Assembly (NCBI RefSeq): GCF_964355755.1
Contig: NC_092673.1
Span: 6,572,001 to 6,636,000 of the forward strand
From: Antedon mediterranea
Lineage: Eukaryota; Animalia; Echinodermata
Length of the DNA stretch: 64,000 nucleotides
Direction: 5' to 3'
Shown here one piece after another: positions 26,459 through 37,374 of the stretch. Numbering within the stretch: the stretch's first letter is position 1; every line of letters starts with the position of its first letter. The notes below the pieces were generated by a model. It did no database searches and was not told the origin of the DNA. It saw only the letters and a list, made by a program, of their open reading frames with translations. The position numbers were made by a program, and so were the translations under genes.

Positions 26459-29400
26459 TTAAAATTTAATTTGAATGGCTTCATGATAGCTATAATAAAT
26501 TGGAATTACTTCAGCCTGTACTGAATCAATACCTTTGCTATAAACATGATCAATCAATGTATTGTTTTCAGTTGTAGAACATGTAACATGTTGTTTGTAC
26601 TCATTCTCTGCCATTAAATTATTCACTCTGGAAGATTGTTTGAAAAGATTTTCATTAAAATCACCCATTACAATACATTTTGTGCTCATTTTATGTAACT
26701 CTTCCAAATATTTTCTCAAATTTTGACAGAATTGATTAATATCATAACTTGGGGGTCGATAAATTACTGACACGGCAACAGAAATCGGACTTGTTATTAA
26801 AAATGAAACTGCTTCTATATCATTATTACATATGTTTAATCTGCTTGAAGACGTATTCTTCGCATACACTGCAACGCCACCATGAGCCTGATGTTTTATT
26901 TTGGAACTGAGATCATTTGTATTAGAATACGAATCATACCTTGCTTGGTGATACAATTTATACGGCTCAATGCGTACGTCAAAAAAATCATCATCCTTGT
27001 TTAACCATGTTTCAGTTAGACATATGATATTAGAATTCATAAACAAATCATTACACTGAAGATCAACAAAATGTTGTTTAAGCCCTTGAATGTTATGTAA
27101 CATTATTGAAAATCTAGAAGCCGAATCATGACCTTGTTTATCACATTGTACGTATGAATCCATATTATTTAAGCACTTCTTTATGTTTGGATCACAATAA
27201 ATCAGACTAGGTTTAAAATTTTCAATAGTAAGTCCAGTTATTGAAGTAACACGACTGAGGCCTACATATGCTTGACCATGCGTAAAAGTATCTTTAAGGC
27301 AAACCACTGCTTTATCCATTGTCATTCCTTGCACTTTATGAACTGTGCATGCATATGCTAATTTGAGAGGAAATTGTTTTCGACTGTATTTTTTCCCCAT
27401 AGATTCTTTAAACATTTCAATTGCCTGAATACCAATGTCATTATTGTCAAATTTTACTTTAATAGATACTGGTTCGGTGTTATGATCAGGTTTGACTATT
27501 TCATCAACATGTCCCATACATCCATTCGTTAAGCCTTTTTTAACATCTACATTTTTAATCAACATCACTCTGGCATTAATTGCAATCCACAAATAATTTA
27601 GTAAACTAGTTTGACGTGAATTCCGAGGTTTGTCACAATTTTTGCTCTGTTTCTTGCTATTTACTACACTATCTTCTGCTTTAATGCATACAATATCTGT
27701 ACAGGTTTTGTGCAACATTTTTTTATTCCATTCATCAACTTGTTTGTTGCGTGGGTAAATATGAACAGCATCTTCACATTCTTCACCTGTTTCACGTGAT
27801 TTTAGAACTAATAAATCGTTATCAGACAAACAATCATGTTTTTCTTTTGTACGCAATTTGTTTAACAATAAAGCAAATTGTTTATCTTCTTTTTGCCTCA
27901 TGATTTGATCTAACTGTACTTGCTTAAAGTTATCTATCCACAGTGAGCTTTCCAATGTGTCTTTATATAACGAACTGCCCATCACCGGGGGTAACTGATA
28001 AAAATCACCAACAGCAATTACTGAAATGTTACCAAATGAACTATCGTTGCGTACTTGTTTTATTTGCCTTAATCGTCCGTGGATATACCAAAGTAACCTT
28101 TGATTTACCATTGATATTTCATCTATAATAACAATTTGCAACTGGCCCAATTTATTACGAAGTGTACTTATTTTTTCTTCTCCAAGTGGTTGATACGGAA
28201 GTGAAATATTAATCGGGATAGACAAAGCACTATGAATTGTTTGGCCTTTAATATTATATGCTGCGATTCCTGTAGGAGCTAATTTCAATATTGACAAATC
28301 ATCGGGATTTTCCATAATCTTTCCAAGAATACGTGTCGCTTCATTATAAATACAATTTACCAAATGACTTTTTCCTGTACCAGCGCCTCCAGTTATGAAA
28401 GTGTAAAATGCTTCAGGTTTTTTACCATTAACTTTGTCTAAACACCATTGTCTTGTCTTATAAAATATATGTTGTTGTTTTTCATTTAAAGATCGAATCA
28501 TTTTGTTCAATTCTGGTCTTGGAATATTAGATGAATTAGACTCTACTTTAGATGTATGATTTTTTTGAATTCCAAAATCTGGAATGAAAAGTTCATCTTC
28601 TTCATCATCAACCTCTACATTTGGCTTTGGGTTGTCTAACCTTTCTTTTTCGCTTTCTGGACATAATAGGCTCCATGCATCTTCTTGTGGTCCAAATTTT
28701 GATAAACATTCCTGTGCTTCTTCAACATCATCAGCACTTTTTTCATATTGTTCCCTGTTTCCATGAACTATTGACTTTACCGTTTGTAATTGACAGCCAC
28801 ATAATTTCACACATCCTTTCTCATGAAATTGTTCATACGATTCAAAATTTGGAGGTTTTAACTGTTCATCTTTTCGAAATGGTAGAAATAACTGAAGTAT
28901 ACTCAAAAAATATTTCTCAGGTGCTGTATCCATTGGAAATCGAGGGTATCTTACTATAGCATTACTAGTTCGTGTTCTTTTTTGGATGAATCCCAACTGT
29001 TTTTTTAACTGAAATACATTCTTTTTTTGTTTGTTTCCTTTCATTTCTGATGAACTCAATATTCTATATTCCGAACAAAATTTTGCAAGGCACATTTTAT
29101 TAAATTCAGAACTATTAGGTCGAGCTTTATATTTGTCGATCTTATTTGGCAACCATGCACTTACATCATCATCTGCTTTGTTTTTAATTACACTTAGTGG
29201 TAAACTCATTCTGACAGGATTAGGTCCTACTGGGATAAATTCAACTTTCCTTGAACATTCTTTTAATCTTAAACTACAAACACGATAAATACTTTCTTGT
29301 GCAGACACTTCTCGATTATTCATATAAACATTACCAAGTTTTCGCAAACTTTGCCTAGCATCTTCATTGCCTTCTTTCACTTCTGATGCTGCATGAGATA

Positions 29401-32400
29401 ACAGTAAGCCCATTTCTCGTTCAGATTTTGACATATATCCTATAACGTAAATAATACATGCATATACATTTGTAATATACTGAATATCCATATTAGCATT
29501 CCATGCTTTCAATAAAGAAGGATTATATTGATTTACCCACACATCTTGAGGGTTTCTCTTTATAACAATCTTTTCTTCAGTAGCTACACAATTATTTGCT
29601 TTCTCAAATGCACTCTGTGTAATACCTAAACTTTGGAAAAGTTCTATTGCATTTTTATATGTTTCTTCATTGGTCACAGCATCTTTTACTGAGGTTAATA
29701 GCTCCATTGCTTGTTTATTGTCATCATTATCATCACTGCCTTTATCCACAATTGTAGGTCTCATAACAAATGTATTTCCAGAAGGTTGTCTGGGGAAGTT
29801 AAATCTACAGTTTGTTCCCTTTTTTTTACATGATTTAGAATGTCTTTTACTGTGAATTTGCACACTTTTAACAATTTCATTCAGTTCGGGATCTACAGTT
29901 TCACATGGCACAGCACAAGAAATATATTTATCGACAAAATTAATAACTTCGTTATCTTTATCTGTACCAAAAATAGGAGCATTTTCAACCCATACTAACA
30001 TATGAACATGTGGACTTCCTCTCATTTGAAATTCAATTCGGTAAAAATAATCTACGACTTTACCAATAGGCTGTGCTTCAGACAAAATTACATTTTTCAA
30101 AAAAGTATGAAAACGTTTGTCAAACATTCTGGCAACAGTCACTGGATTTGATTTCAACAAATTACATTTATCTGCCCATTCCAATTCATCAATGTTTCTT
30201 TGGTCTCCTGACTGATTTAACAATGTCGTCATTATTTCTTTCCAACGGAAGTCAGCACTTGAAAATGAAAGAAAGAATGTTGGCTTTCCAATCTGTCTAA
30301 CCATTGCTATTACATCTTTTTGTGTAGCTTGCCAGTATGGTGGAGTTCCACGAATTTGTTTTAAAAATTTATAACCCCTATCAGATTTTAAAATCTCCTC
30401 AATTTTGGTAACATTTTTTAAATCGGATACAGTAACTTTACTAAAATCATCCTTTTTACTTGACCCTTTTCGCAATGCAATGGAAATACTTGATAAAATT
30501 TGTTGAAGTTCATATAAAGATTGAGCATAAAATATGAATTCTGTATTTTGTGCAAACCTGTTATCTATATGCATTAATCTATTGTGAAAATAACGTCCAA
30601 GTGTTATTTTAACATCTCTCGTATCATGGAATGTTGGTTGGCCTGTTGGAAATAACACTGGAAATGATTTTGCTTCATTGCTTTTATTACTTAACAATGC
30701 AATAGGACTATTATTTTCACATGGTGCACAACAAATTATGTCATTAAAATATTCATCAACCAAATTTTGTCGCCTGTCAACAGGTTGAAGACTTGTATCA
30801 AAGGTAGCACCACACAATTGATCTTCTACTTCTACCTCTTCTTCTTCAATGTTTTCTACACATGTTTCATTTTCTTCTTCTTCATTGTTTTCATCTTCAT
30901 TAGTAGTTTCACTTTCGATGTTATCTTCAGATAAATAATTGTGCCATTCTTCATTAATAGCTATATCAAAATAGCACTTGTTATAATCTTGTAAATATCT
31001 AAGAGCTTGAATAACATTGGCAGTGTTAACAAATTTATATTTGTAATAACCTTTGTAAGACAACTTTCGCTTCAATTTTACAGATATTAATTGATCATCA
31101 ACCTGTGGTCTAGGCAGCATTTTAACAGTTTCAATAGTATTTGAAGGTACACATACAACAGGTCCATGTATTCCATGCTGTCCACCTTTAGGTAAATTCA
31201 TTAATTTCATAAAAGGAATGTTTAATCCAATCAAATGCTGCTCTAAATTATTTAAACACCTGAGCTCAGGAGGAATATCGTGTAGTTGTAAATTGTTTGA
31301 ATTGGCTTCTGCAGGGACTTTACCGTTTAACAATTTTCTGTGGCATGTGAAACAAATCCATAAACGACATCTTGGTGATTCAATCAATTGACAAATTTTA
31401 TTACATTCATTGTTGCAAATATGCAAATACTTTTCATTTATACAAGCCTTATTTTTGTACTTAGATTTGGTGCACTTCATTACTTGGTCTTTGAATAACG
31501 TTTTAAAGCAAACAGAACAAACATATTCAGGACCACGAGAAATTGTTTCCCTGAAGTTTTCTAATACAAACTCAAAATTTGTGTTTTCTGTTTTTATTTT
31601 TTCCCGATTCTTCATGTTTTTCTTTATAATATTTTTTCGGAACCCTTCATCACCATGATACTTTTCTGTAAATCTTTGCTTACACTTTTGCTTACATCTT
31701 TGACGAAATATTGAATTATCTCGATATTTCTCTGCCAATTTCTGCTTACAGTTTTGTCTAAATTTCAAATTACTCCGATACTTTTCAGCCAATTTGTCTT
31801 TGCATTTTCGTCTAAATTTCAAATTAATCCGATACTTTTCTGCCAATTTGTCTTTAAAGTTTTGTCTAAATTTCAAATTACTCCGATACTTTTCAGCAAA
31901 TTTTTCTTTACAGTTTTGTCTAAATTTCAAATTACTCTGATACTTTTCTGCCAATTTGTTCTTCCATTTTTGTCTAAATTTCAAATTAGTCCGATACTTT
32001 TCAACAAATTTTTCTTTACAGTTTTGTCTAAATTTCAAATTACTTTGATACTTCTTTGTCAATTTTTGGGTAATGTTTTCTCTGAATTGAGAATTAGTAC
32101 AATACTTCTCTGCTAAATTTTGCTTCAAATTTTGTCGAAATTGTGGATCATTGTGATATCTTTCTTTATTTCTTTGTTTATTATTTTGCCTAGTTTTATG
32201 TTTAAACATTGTATCATTGTTGTATCTATTCTTCATTGTTTCTTTTTTTGTTGTTCGGTAATCCAAATTAATTTTGTAGTTATTTCTAGCTTTATTTCGT
32301 ACCTTAAGATTATATTCAGGTTCACATCTATACATTTTGTGTTGTCTTTCTCTGTTTTCCTTCCTTTTTTGAAATTTATAATCATCATCAGCATATCTTA

Positions 32401-35400
32401 TTTGTTGTGCCTCTTTTACTTTACGTTTCTTTTCTTCTCTGTATGGAAGATCACTTTGATGTTTGTTTCTATTTTCATTTTTTTCTTTTGAATTATCTTT
32501 TGTTTGTCTTCTTCTTTTCATTCTCTGTCGATTCTTTTCTCTTTGCTTTCTATTTTCATAAGATATTTTTCTTTTCCTTCTCAACATTTTTACTTCATTT
32601 CCAGAACAATGTCCCTCAGCAGTTTTACTCTTTTTGTGTTTTGGTTCTATATCTTCAAATGTTTCACAAGTTTCATTATTTCCCGTTTGCTTTCGTTTCT
32701 TTGTTGTAGAATTCTTTACAAAAAAATTCGCCTCTGTATTTGACAGTTTATTGTGCGATGTCACATTCATATCAACTAGTCCTGTTGTTTCCTGAACATT
32801 ATTTTGACTGACATTGACAGATTCCACTACATTAAAATGCACATTCATGGTGTACAAAATATATATACCATTGTCAGTTGTAACATCATCTATTCTTCCT
32901 GGCTTTTTAGCAGAAAACAATTGCCACGTCAAAAGTTGATCATTAAATGAATAAATATCTGTATTAAGCAAGTTTGCCATTGCACTTATTTCAGTATTGG
33001 ATGCCCACGTTCCATTATCCATTACTCTTTTTTTAAACACATATTCCTTAACTGATCTATATTCGTGACTAAATGTATTAATAAATAAGTCATCAGTTTC
33101 CAATAAATGATTAGTAATTGCTCTTCTTAAAATTAAATGATTATCTTCAGTCCCAGAAATAATGTATGAAATTGCACGATAAAAACAATTACCATCACCT
33201 GTAATATTCTTAATTTGAAGAGGATGTCCAATCTGACTAGCTCTGTTAATACCACAATTCATATCGGTATGTTCACAATGAATGCCTACTTCTTTACACA
33301 TGTTTTTCTTTTGTGCTTCTGAGATTGGATTAAATTTAAAATTCTCGTCAGGTCTTTCTCCATACTGAACATTAACAATTTCAATATCACTATCACTTTG
33401 CCATTCATTACTTGATGAGACATGACCTTCTTTATTATGTGTTTTGCCTTTAACTTTATAATCAATATTCTTGTCTGGTAATCTTGTACTACATTTATAC
33501 TGATAAGAGGTACTAGGTTCATCAACATCGACGTTTCCCAAGTTGCTTTGTTCACAATTATCATCGAGCACAGAAGCGGAACATAACATCATAGACTTAT
33601 TTTCAATATTTACACCAGTCAGTTCAAACTCGGTTTCATGTAAATTACAGTTCATTGACCTTGCTAATCTTATACAATAATCGTACACACCTTGCCACGA
33701 TGGACTGTAAAGTAAAATACTCTTTCCATGTTCACTAACACAACCAAATCGATCTCTTGCATGTGGATCAAATATAAGAAATCCATTTACACGTTTAATA
33801 ATAGAAAATGTGCTTCTGTTAAAATTCATAAAAAATGCATCATGTTGGTGTAATTCTTGTTCAAGAGCTTGGTTTAATGACAACGCTCCATATTCAGCCA
33901 TTAATTCGAGATTTCCATCTATTATGCCAAAAACTGATTCTTTGGGAGATATTACAAATGTGTTTTCCAAGATATCCAATTCTTTCGGCAGTTCAGAAAT
34001 CATTAAAAGGTCCTCGTGCATAGTGGAATCTTTCTGAATGTAACAGTACAACTCGTTTCCAAGAGTCAATATTGTATCAAGGTCTTTGGTGTAAAATTCA
34101 TTTCCATTCTTCTTTGTAGAATAAAGAATAGCTACAAGACTATTTGCAACACACTGTTTACCACTTGCAAAGCCAAATCTATAATTCCCTTGATTAAAAT
34201 TACCCTGTGCTACAGTTATATTTTCATTACTATTATATACTTGTAATTCATTTATTGATTGTGTTTTCTGCCTTTTTCGTGTATTTTTTTGTTTTGGTAC
34301 ATTATCGATTATCAATTCTTTCGAAAAATTATTTTTTGTTAAAACTTCAATATCCACATCGATAGTATGTTGGTCACATTTAGGTTTAGTATGGGACCTA
34401 ACTTTTTCAGTCACTGCTTTTTTGCATCCGTCATCAATTATCAATACTTCATTTTCCTCAAATTCACAACTTGCACATGTTTGATTTTTATTATCTGTGC
34501 CATTACTATCAATTATTCTACTTCTGTCATTCATTTTGCTATTATTTTGTGCTTTCGCATCGTCAGTCGCTGTGTTGTCGTTTTCTACAGTACATTCCAT
34601 TTCAAAATCCTCGTCAGTTTTCGTTTCACAATTTTCATTATTACCCATGTTCTTTATATCTTTGCCAAACCGTTCCGTAGTATCGCAATCATTCTTTAAA
34701 TTCAGGTCCACATTACCTTGTGCTTTTTTGTTATCAATCTTCTTAGTTTTGACAAAACGACCCTTGTTATTTCGTAAACGTTTCGAACCACCACCTGATT
34801 GTTGTTGTATTCCGTGTGTTACTTTTGTATTTTTCAAAACATCACACATAGGCCTACCACTGTCGTCAATTATTGTTTGTGAATTTCCCAATACATTCAT
34901 TTTAGCATTTTCTTTGTTGTATTCTCTGTAAGTATTTGTATTCATATTCCATTCCATTTTGTTATTATTTCGTCTTTCATAGAAATCTTTTACACCTTTG
35001 CCAATATATTTTACACCTGGTTCTATACTTATACCATTTATAACCCGCTTTCTCCTTTTCTTATTTCCTCTATTTTTACATCTTTTTTTTCTGTTGTCGG
35101 TTCTTTTCTTTGATCTTACCTTCATCCAATCACTACCAAGTAAATCTTCACTTCCTGTTTGTTGCCATTTTAATTTGGCATTATTACGTTTTTCTTTATT
35201 TTTCGTTAATTCTGGAAAGTCTGCAGTGACAGATTCATCAGGTTCTAGAATCGTATATCTATTGAAATGACAGGTAATACCTATTTCACCCAACATGTTA
35301 TCAACAAAATTACTATTCCCACACATTGAACAAATCCAAATTACTCTGGAATTACATAGTTTGTCTTCAAAAACATCTCTTACACATTTCACATGAAAAT

Positions 35401-35833
35401 ATTGACTACAACAGTCACATGTTATGCAATTGTCGTCTACTTTCACTTCAATATTACAGAAATCGCATGTATCATCAAACTCTGAAGTGACCTCTGTACC
35501 ATAAGATAATGTGTTTATGATATCATCAATTATTCCTTTAAATTCAGTTGTATCTTTCATAAATTCACAATTGACATTACCTGTATCATCATTTCTCTCG
35601 TCTTTGACATTCTCAGTTGAACAGCATTCATCAAGTAGGTCCAAGATGTCATTAACAACTATTTTAAATTCTGCTGTCTTATCCATAACTCCATTATTAA
35701 CATTACCAGTTGTATTAACAAAAATCTGCTTTTTACTTGTAACTTCTTTATTCACATTTTTACACAAATAAATTATCATTGTAAAGATAATCAACAAAAA
35801 GATACCAACTAATGTTATAAATTCCATATCCAT
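26459..35833 (-). CDS. Helentron Rep/helicase/AP-endonuclease transposase, 3124 aa
   Basis: HUH Rep YRIEFQMRGSPHVHML and YVIGYMSK; Pif1 motifs GGAGTGKS, IIDEISMV, VGDFYQLPPV, QFPLKLAYACTVHKVQG, GQAYVGLSR; APE motifs HNIQGL, CLTETWL, GDFNE, IDHVY; OTU GDGNCFYRAIS...HFNVV; C76-like GKQCVANS...FDPHAR; N-terminal PHD C4HC-type finger. Confidence 0.95.
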   Translation of the reverse strand: MDMEFITLVGIFLLIIFTMIIYLCKNVNKEVTSKKQIFVNTTGNVNNGVMDKTAEFKIVVNDILDLLDECCSTENVKDERNDDTGNVNCEFMKDTTEFKGIIDDIINTLSYGTEVTSEFDDTCDFCNIEVKVDDNCITCDCCSQYFHVKCVRDVFEDKLCNSRVIWICSMCGNSNFVDNMLGEIGITCHFNRYTILEPDESVTADFPELTKNKEKRNNAKLKWQQTGSEDLLGSDWMKVRSKKRTDNRKKRCKNRGNKKRRKRVINGISIEPGVKYIGKGVKDFYERRNNNKMEWNMNTNTYREYNKENAKMNVLGNSQTIIDDSGRPMCDVLKNTKVTHGIQQQSGGGSKRLRNNKGRFVKTKKIDNKKAQGNVDLNLKNDCDTTERFGKDIKNMGNNENCETKTDEDFEMECTVENDNTATDDAKAQNNSKMNDRSRIIDSNGTDNKNQTCASCEFEENEVLIIDDGCKKAVTEKVRSHTKPKCDQHTIDVDIEVLTKNNFSKELIIDNVPKQKNTRKRQKTQSINELQVYNSNENITVAQGNFNQGNYRFGFASGKQCVANSLVAILYSTKKNGNEFYTKDLDTILTLGNELYCYIQKDSTMHEDLLMISELPKELDILENTFVISPKESVFGIIDGNLELMAEYGALSLNQALEQELHQHDAFFMNFNRSTFSIIKRVNGFLIFDPHARDRFGCVSEHGKSILLYSPSWQGVYDYCIRLARSMNCNLHETEFELTGVNIENKSMMLCSASVLDDNCEQSNLGNVDVDEPSTSYQYKCSTRLPDKNIDYKVKGKTHNKEGHVSSSNEWQSDSDIEIVNVQYGERPDENFKFNPISEAQKKNMCKEVGIHCEHTDMNCGINRASQIGHPLQIKNITGDGNCFYRAISYIISGTEDNHLILRRAITNHLLETDDLFINTFSHEYRSVKEYVFKKRVMDNGTWASNTEISAMANLLNTDIYSFNDQLLTWQLFSAKKPGRIDDVTTDNGIYILYTMNVHFNVVESVNVSQNNVQETTGLVDMNVTSHNKLSNTEANFFVKNSTTKKRKQTGNNETCETFEDIEPKHKKSKTAEGHCSGNEVKMLRRKRKISYENRKQREKNRQRMKRRRQTKDNSKEKNENRNKHQSDLPYREEKKRKVKEAQQIRYADDDYKFQKRKENRERQHKMYRCEPEYNLKVRNKARNNYKINLDYRTTKKETMKNRYNNDTMFKHKTRQNNKQRNKERYHNDPQFRQNLKQNLAEKYCTNSQFRENITQKLTKKYQSNLKFRQNCKEKFVEKYRTNLKFRQKWKNKLAEKYQSNLKFRQNCKEKFAEKYRSNLKFRQNFKDKLAEKYRINLKFRRKCKDKLAEKYRSNLKFRQNCKQKLAEKYRDNSIFRQRCKQKCKQRFTEKYHGDEGFRKNIIKKNMKNREKIKTENTNFEFVLENFRETISRGPEYVCSVCFKTLFKDQVMKCTKSKYKNKACINEKYLHICNNECNKICQLIESPRCRLWICFTCHRKLLNGKVPAEANSNNLQLHDIPPELRCLNNLEQHLIGLNIPFMKLMNLPKGGQHGIHGPVVCVPSNTIETVKMLPRPQVDDQLISVKLKRKLSYKGYYKYKFVNTANVIQALRYLQDYNKCYFDIAINEEWHNYLSEDNIESETTNEDENNEEEENETCVENIEEEEVEVEDQLCGATFDTSLQPVDRRQNLVDEYFNDIICCAPCENNSPIALLSNKSNEAKSFPVLFPTGQPTFHDTRDVKITLGRYFHNRLMHIDNRFAQNTEFIFYAQSLYELQQILSSISIALRKGSSKKDDFSKVTVSDLKNVTKIEEILKSDRGYKFLKQIRGTPPYWQATQKDVIAMVRQIGKPTFFLSFSSADFRWKEIMTTLLNQSGDQRNIDELEWADKCNLLKSNPVTVARMFDKRFHTFLKNVILSEAQPIGKVVDYFYRIEFQMRGSPHVHMLVWVENAPIFGTDKDNEVINFVDKYISCAVPCETVDPELNEIVKSVQIHSKRHSKSCKKKGTNCRFNFPRQPSGNTFVMRPTIVDKGSDDNDDNKQAMELLTSVKDAVTNEETYKNAIELFQSLGITQSAFEKANNCVATEEKIVIKRNPQDVWVNQYNPSLLKAWNANMDIQYITNVYACIIYVIGYMSKSEREMGLLLSHAASEVKEGNEDARQSLRKLGNVYMNNREVSAQESIYRVCSLRLKECSRKVEFIPVGPNPVRMSLPLSVIKNKADDDVSAWLPNKIDKYKARPNSSEFNKMCLAKFCSEYRILSSSEMKGNKQKKNVFQLKKQLGFIQKRTRTSNAIVRYPRFPMDTAPEKYFLSILQLFLPFRKDEQLKPPNFESYEQFHEKGCVKLCGCQLQTVKSIVHGNREQYEKSADDVEEAQECLSKFGPQEDAWSLLCPESEKERLDNPKPNVEVDDEEDELFIPDFGIQKNHTSKVESNSSNIPRPELNKMIRSLNEKQQHIFYKTRQWCLDKVNGKKPEAFYTFITGGAGTGKSHLVNCIYNEATRILGKIMENPDDLSILKLAPTGIAAYNIKGQTIHSALSIPINISLPYQPLGEEKISTLRNKLGQLQIVIIDEISMVNQRLLWYIHGRLRQIKQVRNDSSFGNISVIAVGDFYQLPPVMGSSLYKDTLESSLWIDNFKQVQLDQIMRQKEDKQFALLLNKLRTKEKHDCLSDNDLLVLKSRETGEECEDAVHIYPRNKQVDEWNKKMLHKTCTDIVCIKAEDSVVNSKKQSKNCDKPRNSRQTSLLNYLWIAINARVMLIKNVDVKKGLTNGCMGHVDEIVKPDHNTEPVSIKVKFDNNDIGIQAIEMFKESMGKKYSRKQFPLKLAYACTVHKVQGMTMDKAVVCLKDTFTHGQAYVGLSRVTSITGLTIENFKPSLIYCDPNIKKCLNNMDSYVQCDKQGHDSASRFSIMLHNIQGLKQHFVDLQCNDLFMNSNIICLTETWLNKDDDFFDVRIEPYKLYHQARYDSYSNTNDLSSKIKHQAHGGVAVYAKNTSSSRLNICNNDIEAVSFLITSPISVAVSVIYRPPSYDINQFCQNLRKYLEELHKMSTKCIVMGDFNENLFKQSSRVNNLMAENEYKQHVTCSTTENNTLIDHVYSKGIDSVQAEVIPIYYSYHEAIQIKF
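31690..32160 (-). repeat. 54-bp coding repeat (18 aa, KYRSNLKFRQNCKEKLAE-like)
   Basis: ctaaatttc recurs at 31758, 31812, 31866, 31920, 31974 and 32028, with degenerate flanking units. Confidence 0.9.
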
Positions 35834-36369
35834 TATTCAAAATTTGTATAAGAAACAAATCTACAAATTTCTTCAAATTAATAAACTTTGTATTCTGCAA
35901 TTCCAATGAATATTACAATTAGGTTCTTTTTATCAATTCAAGAAATTCTTGCTAAAACAAAATAAATTATTAAAATTCCAAAAACAATTCAATTTTATAT
36001 TGTCTTTTGTTTCTATGATTTTTAATTTTTGTCCTAATTTTTTTTCTTTTAATATATTTTTTTTTTGTCTGCTTTTTTTTCAATAGTTCAATTTCACTGA
36101 ATTAAAAAATTAGCTTCTGCTTAATATTGGCTTGATGAAATACTTTATATTATTTTAAACTTCTCTTTAATACTTGGTTATGCTAAATAGTTTCAGATTC
36201 TAATTTTTATTCTTTTTACAATTCTACTTAATAACAGATTCAAATAAAAGTGATCTTTAAATCTTCTTTAATTAATTCTTTTGTAATAAACTCTGTTTAA
36301 TATTTATTTCTTTATAATAAGCTTCTGTTTTATTCTTCAAACTTTTGTTTGTATAATCAAACTTTAACT

Positions 36370-36640
36370 TTACACTTTTGCTTTTGCAAAAATGGTTTTG
36401 TAATAAACTTTTGTTTATTAGTTGTTTCCTTGTGATTAACTTCTGTTATCTTCAAGGTTTGACACTTTTGCTTTTGCAAAAATGGTTTTGTAATAAACTT
36501 TTGTTTATTAGTTGTTTCCTTGTGATTAACTTTTGTTATCTTCAAGGTTTTACACTTTTGCTTTTGCAAAAATGGTTTGTAATAAACTTTTGTTTATTAG
36601 TTTTTCCTTGTGATAAACTTCTGTTTACTTCAAGGTTTTA
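36370..36640. repeat. 90-bp minisatellite x3
   Basis: acacttttgcttttgcaaaaatgg at 36372, 36462 and 36552. Confidence 0.92.
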
Positions 36641-37374
36641 TTGAATGTTTCAAAGATACTTTTAAAAAATGTTTAAAAAGAAATTGTGCATAAATATTAA
36701 AATTCGGTAACCCCTCGTAGAAACTCTCTTTGGAGAGTGGATCTTTTTCTAAAGACCCGGATCTCTTCTGAGATCCAGTGGGTTTATATAAGACAGTCAC
36801 CTACAATAAAAGAAAAAAAAAGAGTTAGTTATTAATTTTAAGATACACTGTACAGTACTAAGAATTACAGTCAAACAATTATAAATTGAATCAGTAGATA
36901 AATCAGTGTTTTTACAAATACCTAAATAATAATATACACATCCCCCCTGTGGAATGTAACATGATCTATTGGGCCTAGCAAAACAAATTAGGACCAACTC
37001 ATTACTAAATTCAGGATAGACCCATTTTATAAAATTGCAAATTTATGTCTGGAGAAACTGACCACCACATTTATGTTAAAAAGGATGATTGTCCCAAATT
37101 TTGAAGTAAATTGTGATAATATATTTGTGACTTTGGTTTATACAATATAAATAAATCACTATAGAAGATATTTTGACCTAAAAATATGTCAAAACTTCAT
37201 TACATGGAATGTGTCGGAAACAAATTCTTTCATAACAATTTCACCTTCAAAATTAATCTGAAAATAGGTTTAATTATTCAATGTTCTAATAAAATAGAAT
37301 TTTATACACAAAAATATTTGGTCACTCAGTATAGTAAATTTACAAACAACACATGTTTATCAATTATTGGAGGG

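Noticed and set aside
27943-35771. Many short plus-strand ORFs opposite the transposase, and similar ones opposite the GTPases
   Set aside because: Antisense shadows of long ORFs with biased composition and no recognisable motifs.
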